A stretch of DNA of 64,000 bases from Candidatus Rhodoferax bjergmarkensis. GTDB lineage: Bacteria; Pseudomonadota; Gammaproteobacteria; Burkholderiales; Burkholderiaceae_C. How positions within the stretch are numbered: position 1 is the stretch's first letter; every line of letters begins with the position of its first letter. Positions 8,763 to 19,012 of the stretch are shown one piece after another. Where the stretch lies: the NCBI GenBank assembly GCA_016708345.1, contig JADJFX010000007.1:96339-160338 (forward strand), read 5' to 3'. The notes beneath the pieces are model-generated. The model was not told where the DNA came from. It saw nothing but the letters and a program-made list of their open reading frames with translations, and ran no database searches. Both the position numbers and the translations under genes were made by a program.

Positions 8763-11648
8763 TCATTGCACCTCCCCCTGACAGGCCTTGGCGAGGGCGA
8801 CGGTAAGGCGTCGGCCCAGATTGGCAGGCGCATTCGATACCAAACCGTTCAGCAGGCTGCGGCCCTCGTTTTGAAACGGGCATCGTCTGGTTTCCAGAAT
8901 CGGTGCCCAATCCTCAGCAGGCAGCCAGGGCACGAGCGACTCGACCGCTGCGTTGCTCAATGCGGCAGAGCGCTTCGGGTTCGCCAGGAGCCAGGCCATG
9001 CGAGCGCGGCGCTGGGCCAGCGACAAATCAGTGTTGGCGCTAAGCCAAAGCACAGCGGCATCCAGCCAATGCGGGAACAGGCCCGCCTGTTGCTGATCCG
9101 ACAGCGCGCGGCGTTCAAGTGCCATGAAGGCATCAAGGAAGGCCTGGCGGTCGGCGGTCCAGTGGGAGTCAGCAAACTCATGCGCAGGCACAGGCTCACG
9201 CGGGAGGCGCTGACGATCTGGCGATGGGGTGCCATCTGCCGGTAGCAGCCCCAGTGCGGTGCTGGCCTCGCGAGGGTCAACGACCGACTGCCAGCGCGCA
9301 TCGAGCGCAGAGGTCTGCGGCAGCCCCTCAAGCTTGGGTTCAGCTTGCTGCCATTGAACCAGGAAAGCGCTGGCAGGGTGATCACCATTGGCATGGCTGT
9401 CGAGTGCCAACCAAAACCTGTCGCCGTGCGGTAGCAGTTCGACCTCAACCAGGCCAGTAGCAGAGAAGATGTCTCGCAGCGGTAGCCACCGGCCATTGGG
9501 TTCATCCCAGCGCCTCACGTACAGCGTCTCTTCAACGGATCCGCGGTGGCTCTCGTAATGCTCACCGTCGAAGAACGATCGATCGGTCCAACCACCGCCA
9601 TGCACCTCGGTCCACGAATGCAACCACTGGCAGTTCGGTTGGCCAGGTGCAGCCAAAGGTTGAACCTGGCTCGCATCCCTGCGTGGTTCGTCCGTGCTGG
9701 CTGCATCGTCCAGCATCCTTGCCGCAAGGGCGGCGCGCAAGCCAGCGGAGGCCACAGGTTTGCAATCCGGTGGCGCGGCGGTGAGCGCCAGCCGTTCGAC
9801 GGGCGCATTCGCTGGCACGGATTCGGAAGCAGGGGTCTTCGGAGCGAGCGCCACCAAGGGCACTTCCTTCGGCAACAAAAGCAGACCCTCCGTCACCGCC
9901 CATCGCGCGAGAGGCGCTGCGCAGCAGGGTGCTTCGTCGCCCTGCGCACCGCGTACTTCGCCCGATGCCAGTAACCGTGGCTTGGCGGTGAGGCCCTGCA
10001 CTCGCAGGAACTTTGCCTTGGCAAGAGCGTCCACACCCACGCTGAATGGCAACAGGGCCTTGCCCAGCCTGTCGGTTGGGGGTTCAGCGGACAAGGCGGC
10101 AAGCTGGCCTGCAAGCAACTCGTTTGCCCAGCGGGGCGCAAGCTTCTTGAGCGTCGGCCAGGCCCGCTCCATGGCACTTGCAGACGCATGGAAGTACCAC
10201 GGCGCGATCGACTCGGGCACACGATCTGCGGCAACAGCCCAGGCCAGCACAAGCTCAAACTGCGTCGACGGCACCTCCCTGAGCAAGTGATCGGCGTTCT
10301 TGAAGCCCAGCCGATCTGCGGCCGGCAGGGCTGCCAGCTGCGCAACGATCAGTTCCCAATGCTTGGGTGCCGATGGCCCCAGGTGGCCAGCGCCCCAAAT
10401 GCCTGCCTCTGCCAGCCGAAACAAACCTTCAACCGGGGCACTCCGAACCAAGGACTCAAAACGCTCGGTGGGCAACTTCCACAACTCGACGGCCTGATGC
10501 ACCGACACCTTGGGCCAGAGCACACGCGTTGGCACGCCCCAGGCCGACTGCGAGAGCAAGAGATCCGGGAGCAGACGATGGGGCACGCGGTCAACAAACG
10601 CCGCTACGAAACCCGCGTCCTGCCAGGGCTGCGCAAGACCGCTCGCGAGTGCTGCGCGAAGGTCGGCTGCTGAACGCATGGACGGCACGATGTAAGGCAA
10701 TAACGCTTGCGTGAACTTTGCTTCCAGGGCGTGCCAGGCCTTGAAGTCCATGCGGTGCGGCGCAGGGGCTTCGAAATCGGAGCAACGCGGTTTGGGCTCC
10801 AGGGCAATTGGCGTGCTCACCTGCGCCAGCAGCCCACTGGCGATGGTCAGATCGGCAGAGCAAAGCACTGTGGCCAGCAAGGGAGATCCCGCCTTGCCCA
10901 GGTCAGGGACTGGCACGGCCGGGCGCAAGCGCAGCAGCGCCGATCTATGCTCCCGGGTTATCGCGCCAGCCCACAGTCGCTCGGCAACTTCGTCCTTCGC
11001 CAAACGCTGATAGGCGGCATGCCGCAGCAAGGTGCGAACGAGTGACCAGCGCTCCATCCGAACCGCGACGCCCAGCGCATCCAGCCCACCTGCGTCAATG
11101 CGCTGGGTGGGGTCGGCACCGTTGCGCAGCAGCCACCTGGCCACATCGTCAAATCCCGCGCGCAGGCTGTGATGGAGCAGTGTGCCGAGGTAGCGGTATC
11201 GATCCCACCGCGCACCATGCCCGCGCTGTTCGCTCAGGTAGGCGATCAGTTCGGCTTCGCCGCCACCTTGGAACCCGTCAGGGGCGGAAGAGTTACTGAC
11301 GCCCTCTGGCGTCGATCCCTCCATAGAAAAGAACGCATCCATTGCCGCTTTGGTTGCGAGGACAGTTTGGTCGGAGTCTGGCTTGGGTGCCGCAAGGGCA
11401 CCGGCCCCGGTCAGGACCGTGGCGAGCAGGAGGGTCGCAAGTCCGGCCTTCACGACCGCACCCCAGTCCCGCGCGAAGCCAGCAAGACCAGGGCCCGGGC
11501 CACGGTGTAGTTGCCGCAATGGATGATGCTGCAGCTGATGAGCGACCGGGGCGCGGTAAGCCTCAGTCCCGGCAGGGGCATCGGCCGCCCGATGCGACTT
11601 GGCGGGGGGTGCAGACAGGGGTAGTTTGAGTTTGGTCAGGCGGGTCAT
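8763..11648 (-). CDS. Large, probably exported ankyrin-repeat protein
   Basis: GTLLHHSLRAGFDDVARWLLRNGAD and LDALGVAVRMERWSLVRTLL ankyrin-like repeats after a hydrophobic signal-like segment; start uncertain (the listed ORF runs up into the REP). Confidence 0.6.
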   Translation of the reverse strand: MTRLTKLKLPLSAPPAKSHRAADAPAGTEAYRAPVAHQLQHHPLRQLHRGPGPGLAGFARDWGAVVKAGLATLLLATVLTGAGALAAPKPDSDQTVLATKAAMDAFFSMEGSTPEGVSNSSAPDGFQGGGEAELIAYLSEQRGHGARWDRYRYLGTLLHHSLRAGFDDVARWLLRNGADPTQRIDAGGLDALGVAVRMERWSLVRTLLRHAAYQRLAKDEVAERLWAGAITREHRSALLRLRPAVPVPDLGKAGSPLLATVLCSADLTIASGLLAQVSTPIALEPKPRCSDFEAPAPHRMDFKAWHALEAKFTQALLPYIVPSMRSAADLRAALASGLAQPWQDAGFVAAFVDRVPHRLLPDLLLSQSAWGVPTRVLWPKVSVHQAVELWKLPTERFESLVRSAPVEGLFRLAEAGIWGAGHLGPSAPKHWELIVAQLAALPAADRLGFKNADHLLREVPSTQFELVLAWAVAADRVPESIAPWYFHASASAMERAWPTLKKLAPRWANELLAGQLAALSAEPPTDRLGKALLPFSVGVDALAKAKFLRVQGLTAKPRLLASGEVRGAQGDEAPCCAAPLARWAVTEGLLLLPKEVPLVALAPKTPASESVPANAPVERLALTAAPPDCKPVASAGLRAALAARMLDDAASTDEPRRDASQVQPLAAPGQPNCQWLHSWTEVHGGGWTDRSFFDGEHYESHRGSVEETLYVRRWDEPNGRWLPLRDIFSATGLVEVELLPHGDRFWLALDSHANGDHPASAFLVQWQQAEPKLEGLPQTSALDARWQSVVDPREASTALGLLPADGTPSPDRQRLPREPVPAHEFADSHWTADRQAFLDAFMALERRALSDQQQAGLFPHWLDAAVLWLSANTDLSLAQRRARMAWLLANPKRSAALSNAAVESLVPWLPAEDWAPILETRRCPFQNEGRSLLNGLVSNAPANLGRRLTVALAKACQGEVQ

Positions 11649-11772
11649 CGCAGGGCTCCGGGCTATCTGGCAGGCTGATGGATCATATGCCTGCCTGCGG
11701 CAGGGTGTATCGGCCTGTGCGAGGGTCAACTCTCCAGCCGTATCGGCCTGGCATGCCATCCACGGGCGCTGA

Positions 11773-11845
11773 TTTACTCCTGAATTAATAGCTGCTTCCG
11801 CAAGCCAGACGTGCGCAAAGGCACTATTTGACACACAAACCCGGC
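11773..11845. repeat. REP-like repeat, copy a
   Basis: TTTACTCCTGAATTAATAGCTGCTTCCGCAAGCCAGACGTGCGCAAAGGCACTATTTGACACACAAACCCGGC; matches 15658, 28761, 32672, 40313, 46215. Confidence 0.85.
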
Positions 11846-11929
11846 CCCTGCCAGACCGCGTTCATCCTGACCGTCACTTCGGGCGTCATCTGCATCGCGC
11901 GTCCCGATTCGCGCTGCGTCTCGCCGGAC

Positions 11930-12352
11930 CTACACCAGCGCCACACCCGTCTGCTGCATTGCTGCGCGCAGTGCGTCGTCCAGCGTGGCCAGTGGCAGGC
12001 CTTCGCGCAGAGCCAGTTCCAGATAGGAAGCATCGTAAGACGACAACTTGAAACGGCGCGCCAGTTGCAAGGTGTCGCCCAAAGCGCGCTCTGCCGTGCG
12101 GGTGTCGGTGCTAAACGCCATATCGTCTAACAAACCCACAAATGCCGCCGACCGTGCTTCCGCCACCAAGCCCCTGGCCTGCGCCTTGACCAGTACGTTG
12201 GCGGCCTCCAATGCCCAGATGCCCGGCACCACGGCCTGTGCCCCATCTTGCGCCAGCAAATCCAACACGTGACGGGCATAGCCCAGACGTTCGTCGCTGC
12301 CATCTTGCAGCAGCCAACGCATGACGACGGAGTTGTCTAAAACAAAGCGCAT
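11930..12352 (-). CDS. vapC: VapC-family PIN-domain toxin
   Basis: FVLDNSV, WALEAANVL, LSSYDASYLELA, LATLD. Confidence 0.9.
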   Translation of the reverse strand: MRFVLDNSVVMRWLLQDGSDERLGYARHVLDLLAQDGAQAVVPGIWALEAANVLVKAQARGLVAEARSAAFVGLLDDMAFSTDTRTAERALGDTLQLARRFKLSSYDASYLELALREGLPLATLDDALRAAMQQTGVALV

Positions 12353-12371
12353 GCCGTGCGAGCCCAGGGCT

Positions 12372-12629
12372 TCAATCCCGACCTTCGTCCATCAGTTGAC
12401 GCAGGTCGAACGGAGTTGCTGGCAGGGGTGGGGCATCTTGCATAAATTGCCGCATGCGCGCGGCCGCCTGCACACCGGCGCGCCGGATGCCGCTGCCAGT
12501 GGGCAACAAATCAGCCACTGGCTCGCCACGCTGGGTAATGGTAAAGCCCTGCCCCGCGCGCACCTGACGCAACAAATCCGCCAAATGGGTCTTGGTTTCG
12601 TAGCTGCCAATGGTTTGAAGGGGAGGCAT
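12372..12629 (-). CDS. Phd/YefM-family antitoxin
   Basis: TIGSYETKTHLADLLRQVRAGQGFTITQRGEPVADL; directly upstream of vapC. Confidence 0.88.
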   Translation of the reverse strand: MPPLQTIGSYETKTHLADLLRQVRAGQGFTITQRGEPVADLLPTGSGIRRAGVQAAARMRQFMQDAPPLPATPFDLRQLMDEGRD

Positions 12630-12694
12630 ACGCTGTACCGAAAATGAAGCAGACCAGATTGTAGACCAGTTGACTTCAGGGCAGCAGTAAGCTG

Positions 12695-12833
12695 GCTTTT
12701 GGGCGGTGCTGGCGGGATGCAGTGCAAGGCGTCCTGAGCGCGGTTTGGCTAGCCAAATAAGCGAAGGATAACGAAGCAATGCGCCCGGCAGTGCCGTCAA
12801 AAACGGGATATTGGTTACTTCTGCATCCCTAAG
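12695..12833. repeat. About 140-bp MITE/REPIN-like element, copy 1
   Basis: Closely similar to 48583-48720; imperfect inverted repeats TTTTGGGCGG(T/C)GCTGGCGGG ... CCCGGCAGTGCCG(T/A)CAAAAA. Confidence 0.7.
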
Positions 12834-13040
12834 CTAAGGACGAGGAAATTTATCGGCGGTTATTTCATCGAATTCCAAAAGCAAATTCAGCGCTTCTTGT
12901 AACGCGACCAAACTGGCATCAATGACGCCCCATACAACTCGGTCGTCAACATCGGCGTAGCCATGAATAAGCACATTGCGAAAAGCCACAATGCGCGGCA
13001 AATCCGGGATGGCTGCCGCCGTTGCAGGGTCTACCCAAAG
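12834..13040 (-). pseudogene. HepT/DUF86 HEPN RNase toxin, C-terminal fragment
   Basis: VDPATAAAIPDLPRIVAFRNVLIHGYADVDDRVVWGVI (R-X4-H motif); 5' part and partner antitoxin absent. Confidence 0.75.
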
Positions 13041-13064
13041 CCCGCCACCAAGGTCAGACCAACA

Positions 13065-13130
13065 TTTTTCAAGTCAAATCGGCCACCAGCGTACGTGAAA
13101 TAAGCGCGAACAGCTATCAAAGGAGTAGCA
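13065..13130. repeat. REP-like repeat, opposite orientation
   Basis: Reverse strand reads GCTACTCCTTTGATAGCTGTTCGCGC-loop-GTACGCTGGTGGCCGATTTGAC; same family. Confidence 0.65.
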
Positions 13131-13252
13131 CTGCTTGATTGCAAGATATGACCCTCGCACTGCGGGGGGAGCGCAGTATTTTGCTCGCCCTATTGACGGA
13201 GGTCGGCCAATGGGAGATCCCTTACTGCAGGTCCACCGCACGGACTCTAGGA

Positions 13253-15525
13253 TCATGCGAGATTCGCACCTGCTTCTTTGCAGACGGTTTCCACGACAGC
13301 GGCAACCTCGTGCAAAAAGGAGTTTCGATCAGGAGAAGGAGTAACGTCTGGAATCGGCGCAGCACGCTCGTAGATTTGCTCGCCGATTATTGATGCGCGC
13401 GCATAGCTTGATCCTCGACCGGTCTGATTGAACGCCGATTGCCACTCCGACATTCTTTCTGCTCGTACCCGCCGTGTCGAAAGATCTAGAATCTTGGCCG
13501 AAATGGTATTGGCCAGTTCGTCAAATACCTGCTGCTTTTGAGCATCATCGGTGGGTTCCGCAGGCTCCCAACGCAGGGGGTTTTGCAGGAGGACATAAAG
13601 GCGATCTTGCAGTTGCTTGCGAAGGTCCGCGACTGGCTTTAGGTTGTCATACTCGTCACTAAAGCCTGGCGTGCTGAGTCGTCTGCTCAAGGCCCAAATG
13701 CGCTTCCAGTGCTCTTTGCCGACGCCTGGCTTGTATGCTAATCCGAGGCGCGGCCACCATGCGTCGTGAAAACTCTCGGCTGCGTTCTTTACGGCGAGAA
13801 CCAAATTCATGCGGTCGTAAACTGGCGTGGCATGCACTGGTGCCGGCTTTTCGACGATTGCGTCGATCGCGGACAGCAATTTTTGCAATTCACCGATGGC
13901 ACGTTTTTGCGTTTTCTTGGTTGTATCTAGGTGCTCATCAATACTGCCGACAAAGAAGCACGCTTCCTTCAGTCGGCCCCGTAGCGCACGTTCTGCGAAC
14001 GGCCCCAGCTCTTCACCAATAGAGGCCAAGACGTTTTCGGCTGAGGCCAATACATGTTGCTCTTTGGCTGCTGCGTTAGGCAGGTTGTCGCCTTTCACTT
14101 CATCGAAATGCGTAAATACAAGTAGCAGCTTTCTAGCGCTACCGGTCGTGATCATTTCTCTCATTGCGGCAACTGGAGCGGCCTGCATGGGAATGGTCGC
14201 GTTATCAACTAAAACGATTGCATCGGTCGATTCGATTCGCCGGGTTAGAGATGTCGAAATTGCTGCCACCGATTTTGGCGTGTGACCCAGACCTTCGCCA
14301 TCCAGAAGAACCAACTTAGGTTGTTGCCCATCATTCCATTCCGGCATGAATGGGCCTGAGACCCGAACGCCGTTTACCAGTGGCGTCAACAGCTTTCCAA
14401 AGCGAGGTGAATGATTGCTAGAGAAGCGGGTCACTGCCTTTATAAAGCAACCCGGTCGTCGGTTTGCCATGACCAGGACTGTGGCCATCCCTGCTTGCTG
14501 CGGCGAACAGCACCTTGGTCAAGAAGGGGGGGAAACCTTCGCTCAATCTCATCCATTAATTCGTCGCTAACGCGATGGAAATCCTCGTCCTCACGAAGTC
14601 GTCGATCCAGTTCACTCCTCAAACAGCTCATCGACCACACGCTGATCTTTTTCGTCAATTGCGCCAATTTCACCTTTCAGTTGATTGCCGTGTCGCGTTG
14701 CTATAGATCGCAGTTCAGAAAGACACTTGGTAAGCAAAGCATTGGTGGCATTGAGATCAATCGCTTGGTCAGCGGCTGTCTCTTCGACTGGAGTAACCTC
14801 AACTTCGTCCTCATCATCATCTTCGTCATCTAGCTCAGGGGCATGTGGACCGTTGCCGAGAACGTAGTTGAAGCGAAATCGCTGATTCACATGCATGAGC
14901 AATTTGCGCAGCATTTCCTTGTCTGCATCCCCTCTGTACGCTGCCAGTACGGCCTCGGAAATGCACTCGTTCAAATGCTCACGAACTTCATCAATCGGAA
15001 AGAATGTGACAACCGCCTGGTATGGTCCTGGCGCCAGAACCACCTCAGTTTCGTGGACAGTAGTCTTGGCGGTCGATGTCGACGGAAATCGCTCAGTTTC
15101 AGGGTCCGTACCGATCAATTGTCTGAGCAGTGTTGTTTTACCAGCACCTGTGGTTCCGAGCAGTAGCGCCCGCCGGTATTCCGAGTCTTGGGATTTTGGC
15201 AAGGGAATGACTGCCTCGCGCACAGAACCAAAGTCACTTTGCTCTGGCTCCATTCCATGAAAAAGATTTCAACGACGCGGCGGTGGAAGCGCTTTTCGGC
15301 TTCGGCTTTGGCGGCCATGCTCCAGAATGCCTCGTCGCCCAATATCTGATTGAGTTGGTCCTTCAACTCATTTGCTTCGGCATCGTCGGACGTGCCCAGA
15401 CCTTGCCTAACCCTGATTCCTGCCTTCCCTGTATTCGGGTCAATCCGAGCAGGATGGCGGAATATCACAGCCCACGCACTGCGACCTTGCGAGCGGCTCA
15501 GTGTTGCAGCGAATCGTTTTTCCAT
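13253..15525 (-). CDS. Dynamin-like (TRAFAC) GTPase, about 750 aa, split by three apparent frameshifts
   Basis: Joining ORFs 15115-15525, 14612-15253, 14440-14673 and 13253-14488 gives G1 GTTGAGKTT, G2-like PSTSTAKTT, G3 DGEG, G4 THFD and a helical C-terminus. Confidence 0.7.
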
Positions 15526-15641
15526 GGTAAAACTCCGTTGTTCAGTTGTTGTTCCGATGAAGTGTAGACGGCAGAAATATCGGTGTCAAGTATTTTCTGA
15601 ACAACGACAGAACAACGAAATAATTTTACAGACGGTGACCT

Positions 15642-15661
15642 CTCGTAGATGCGGGCAATCA
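15642..15661 (-). other. 20-bp relic of the ISCR transposase gene fused to a REP
   Basis: CTCGTAGATGCGGGCAATCA matches transposase copy 1 at 19480-19499 at 19/20 positions (IARIYE codons). Confidence 0.65.
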
Positions 15662-15730
15662 CTCCTGAATTGATAGCTACCTGCACCCGCCAGACGTGCG
15701 CAAAGGCACTATTTGACACACAAACCCGGC
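15658..15730. repeat. REP-like repeat, copy b
   Basis: ATCACTCCTGAATTGATAGCTACCTGCACCCGCCAGACGTGCGCAAAGGCACTATTTGACACACAAACCCGGC. Confidence 0.85.
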
Positions 15731-15814
15731 GTCTTGCGCATGGATTGAGCGTCATGGGCCGGTCCTCACATCGACCGGCTGACGCCCTGCAGCCTGTCCC
15801 AACAGGTGTGCCTT

Positions 15815-17002
15815 TCAGCCCCGCATCCACGTATGAAAGCGCCCCAGCCAGGCCAGCACTTTGTGGGGCGCATGGGCTCGCTTCCATTGCCCGGCGGCAT
15901 ATTGTTGGCCTCGGCCAGTGTGGGGTAGGTGTGGATGGTGCCCAGAATCTTGTTCAGCCCCAGGCCGTGTTTCATGGCCAGCACAAACTCCGCCCATTAA
16001 ATCGCCGCGTGTTCACCAACGATGGTCACGCGCCCAAAATGCAGTCTTTGCCCGGCACCGTCAGCACTGACAAAACCGTGCGCCGTGCCGTCCGCTATCA
16101 GCGCAGTCCGGTCGTCAATGCCGTATTGTGTGACCTCATAGGCAATGCCTTTCTCTTTGGCATCTTGCTCATAGCGGGGCCCACCCCGCGCCACCGGGCT
16201 CGATAAAGGTATTACGGCACCACCGAATAGTCCACCTTGAACTTTTTGAAGTGCCCAAACAGCGCGTTTACGCGGCATACGAACCATGTGGGGAAGCGGT
16301 GTGGGTGAATTGGTAAAGGCCCAGCCACATCGCCCGCCGCGTAGATGTTGGGGTACAGCGTTTCCAGATAATCGTTCACCGCCACGGTGCGCTGTGTGGG
16401 AATACCCAGTTCTTCCAGACCATAACCCTGCAGGCGGGCCACGCGGCCCACGGCGCAGAGCAAGGCATCAAACTCGATACGTTTCTCGACGCCTTGGTGC
16501 GCAACGACGATGAATTTGCGGGCGTCGTTGCCCTCGCCCTCGCCCTCGCCCTCGCCCTCGCCCTCCCGCTCGCAGCGCAGGGCCTGGTGGCTGGTTAACA
16601 CATCCACACCGTCGCGGGTCAGGGAGTCGCGGGCCAGGTCAGAAACCTCGGTGTCTTCGCGGATCATGAGGCGCGGGGCCATCTCAATTTGTGTCACCTT
16701 GGAGCCCAGGCGGGCAAAACTCTGCGCCAGTTCGCAACCAATCGGGCCGCCGCCCAGCACCACCAGCCGCGCGGTGGGCGCATCGCGTTTGGAAAATTCG
16801 TCCCACAGGGTGTCGCTGGTCACATAACCCGTCATCCAGACCCGTAGCGGCGGCACGAAGCGGACGGGCTCCTGCGGCAATAACGATGGCGCGGGTGGTG
16901 GGCGCTGGGTGCCTCCATCGTTCGATTTGATTTCCACCGTCCACGGGTCAGTGATGCGCGCATAGCCTTGCAGCACTTCCACGCCCAGGCGGTGTAGCGC
17001 TC
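15815..17002 (-). pseudogene. 3' 1.2 kb of a divergent allele of the oxidoreductase at 46373-48536
   Basis: GGGPIGCELAQSF, NIYAAGDVAGP, HTYPTLAEAN; several frameshifts; homology stops at 17002. Confidence 0.85.
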
Positions 17003-17036
17003 GCGCACCAACCTCTCGCAGCGCACGGGCGCAGGC

Positions 17037-18061
17037 ATGATGGCAGTAATACTGGTCAGCCCCCTGCCCTTCTTGTTGGACTTGCAGGGTTTTCCCTGCT
17101 GGGCTCAACTGGGCACGGTGGGGGGTGGCTGCGCCGCCTTGTGGTGGTGGTTTCACCGGGCTTTCTCGCCGGCGGTGGATGCCGCCAGCACCTTCGCCGA
17201 TGCCTTGGCCAGCTGCAACCTCACGACACAAGCGCCCAGCGGCTTTGTGCCACCTTTCAACGCCCTGCTGCAGCCTGTTCCAAATCCAGATCAACCTGCA
17301 AGCGGTGGTGGGCGACGTGCGCTCGCAAATCGACCGCTTCCAGCCAGACTTCCAGCGAAATTGCCGAAGGGCTACCAACCTCTCGGACCGCACCGAGTCG
17401 CAGGCCGGCTCACGGAAACTGCGACCTTAGGAGTGAACTGTCCGATGCGGTGCACGAGGCAACCTCTACGGTGGAGCGTATCGACCAGCAAAGCAAGCAA
17501 AGCAATGCTGCGGCGTCGGCCAGCGCACAGGCCGTACAGCGGGTGGACAACGCCATGCAGGCCATCGCGCAGTCGTCGCAGCGCATGACCGACATCATCA
17601 GCACCATTGAAGGTATTGCCTTTCAAACCAACCTGCTGGCGCTCAATGCCGCCGTGGAAGCGGCCCGGGCGGGCGAGCAGGGCCGCGGCTTTGCGGTGGT
17701 GGCCACCGAGGTGCGTGCGCTGGCTGGGCGCAGTGCCAGCGCCGCCCGTGAAATCCGTGCCCTGATTGCGCAAAGTGGGCAGCAAATCACCGAGGGCACG
17801 CAACAAATGCACAGCGCCGGTGAAACCGTGCACCACGTGGCCCGCAGCGTGCAGGAGGTCGGGACGCTGATTGCGCAGTTCGACCATGCCACACACACCC
17901 AGGCCCAGGGCATTGCGCAGATCAACGAGGCCGTGCGCCATGTGGACGACATGACCCAACAAAATGCAGCCCTGGCCGAGCAGTCGGCAGCGGCTGCGGC
18001 GGGCCTAAAATCGGGCGCTGTGGGACTTGCACGCGCGGTGCAGGTGTTCCACCTGCCCTGA
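17037..18061 (+). pseudogene. Methyl-accepting chemotaxis protein, 5'-truncated and frameshifted
   Basis: [34 protein letters not shown] signalling domain; TM/HAMP-like region upstream; no intact N-terminus. Confidence 0.85.
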
Positions 18062-19010
18062 TGAATGACCAAACCCTCTACACCCTGCTGAACCACCACC
18101 CCATCGCCTGCAAGGCGGTGTTCGACGCCATGGCGGTGCCCTGCCTCGTGCGCCACGCCGATGGCCACTGGGTACTGGTGAACCACAGCGCCGTACAGAC
18201 CCTGGGAGCAGACCTGGAACAACTGCGCGCCGCAGGTACAGCCGGTGCCATTTCCGTTGCCTGGCTTGCTGCACTGGCGCAGGCCCAGCAGCAGGCCTTC
18301 GCCACGGGCATGCCCGTGCGTTGCAGTGCCCCAGCGCCCACTTCCGGCTTGCAAAACGGGCACGCAGCGCAGTTGCTGTGCCACCCGGTGCCCGACGAGC
18401 AGCAGTGCCCTGCTTTCGCGGTGTTCCAGGTACTGGACGCCCCCGCGTCAGGCTGTACCGATGCGCAAGGGCGCAGCGAGTCTTTCTTCCGCACGCTGGT
18501 GGAATGGTCTCCAGACGCGATGCTGGTCCAATGCAACGGCCTGATTGCCTATGCCAATCCGGCGGCCGTGGCCATGTTCGGGGGCGAGGGTGAGCAGGAC
18601 CTGCGCCGGCGCAGCCTGGTGTCACTGGTGCCGCCGATTTCCGCGAGGAACAAGCCGCCCGCATGCACGCACTGGAGCAGGGCCAGCTACTCTCGCCCGC
18701 AGCGAAAGCCAGTTCCTGCGCCCGGACGGTCAGGTGTTTGACGCCGAGGTGCAGGGTATCCGCATGGTGCAGTTCGAGGAAGTCTGCACCGTGCTCGTGC
18801 TGCGGGAAATTTCGGACCGCATTGCCGCACGCGCGCAGCGCCAGGCCGACGAACAGGCCCTGCGCGACGCCGCCCTGCACACCCAGACCATCCTGGACAA
18901 CATGGTCGATGGCGTGATCTCCATCAACGCCCAAGGGCTGGTGGAGTCAATAAAACATGCCGCCCCACATGTTTTTTGGGCCAGGGGGTGCACGAAGTGT
19001 TGGGACGACG
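18061..19010 (+). pseudogene. Multi-PAS sensor protein truncated by ISCR copy 1
   Basis: PAS starts FRTLVEWSPDAML..YANPAA and QTILDNMVDGVISIN; cut in the third PAS. Confidence 0.75.
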
Positions 19011-19012
19011 AC

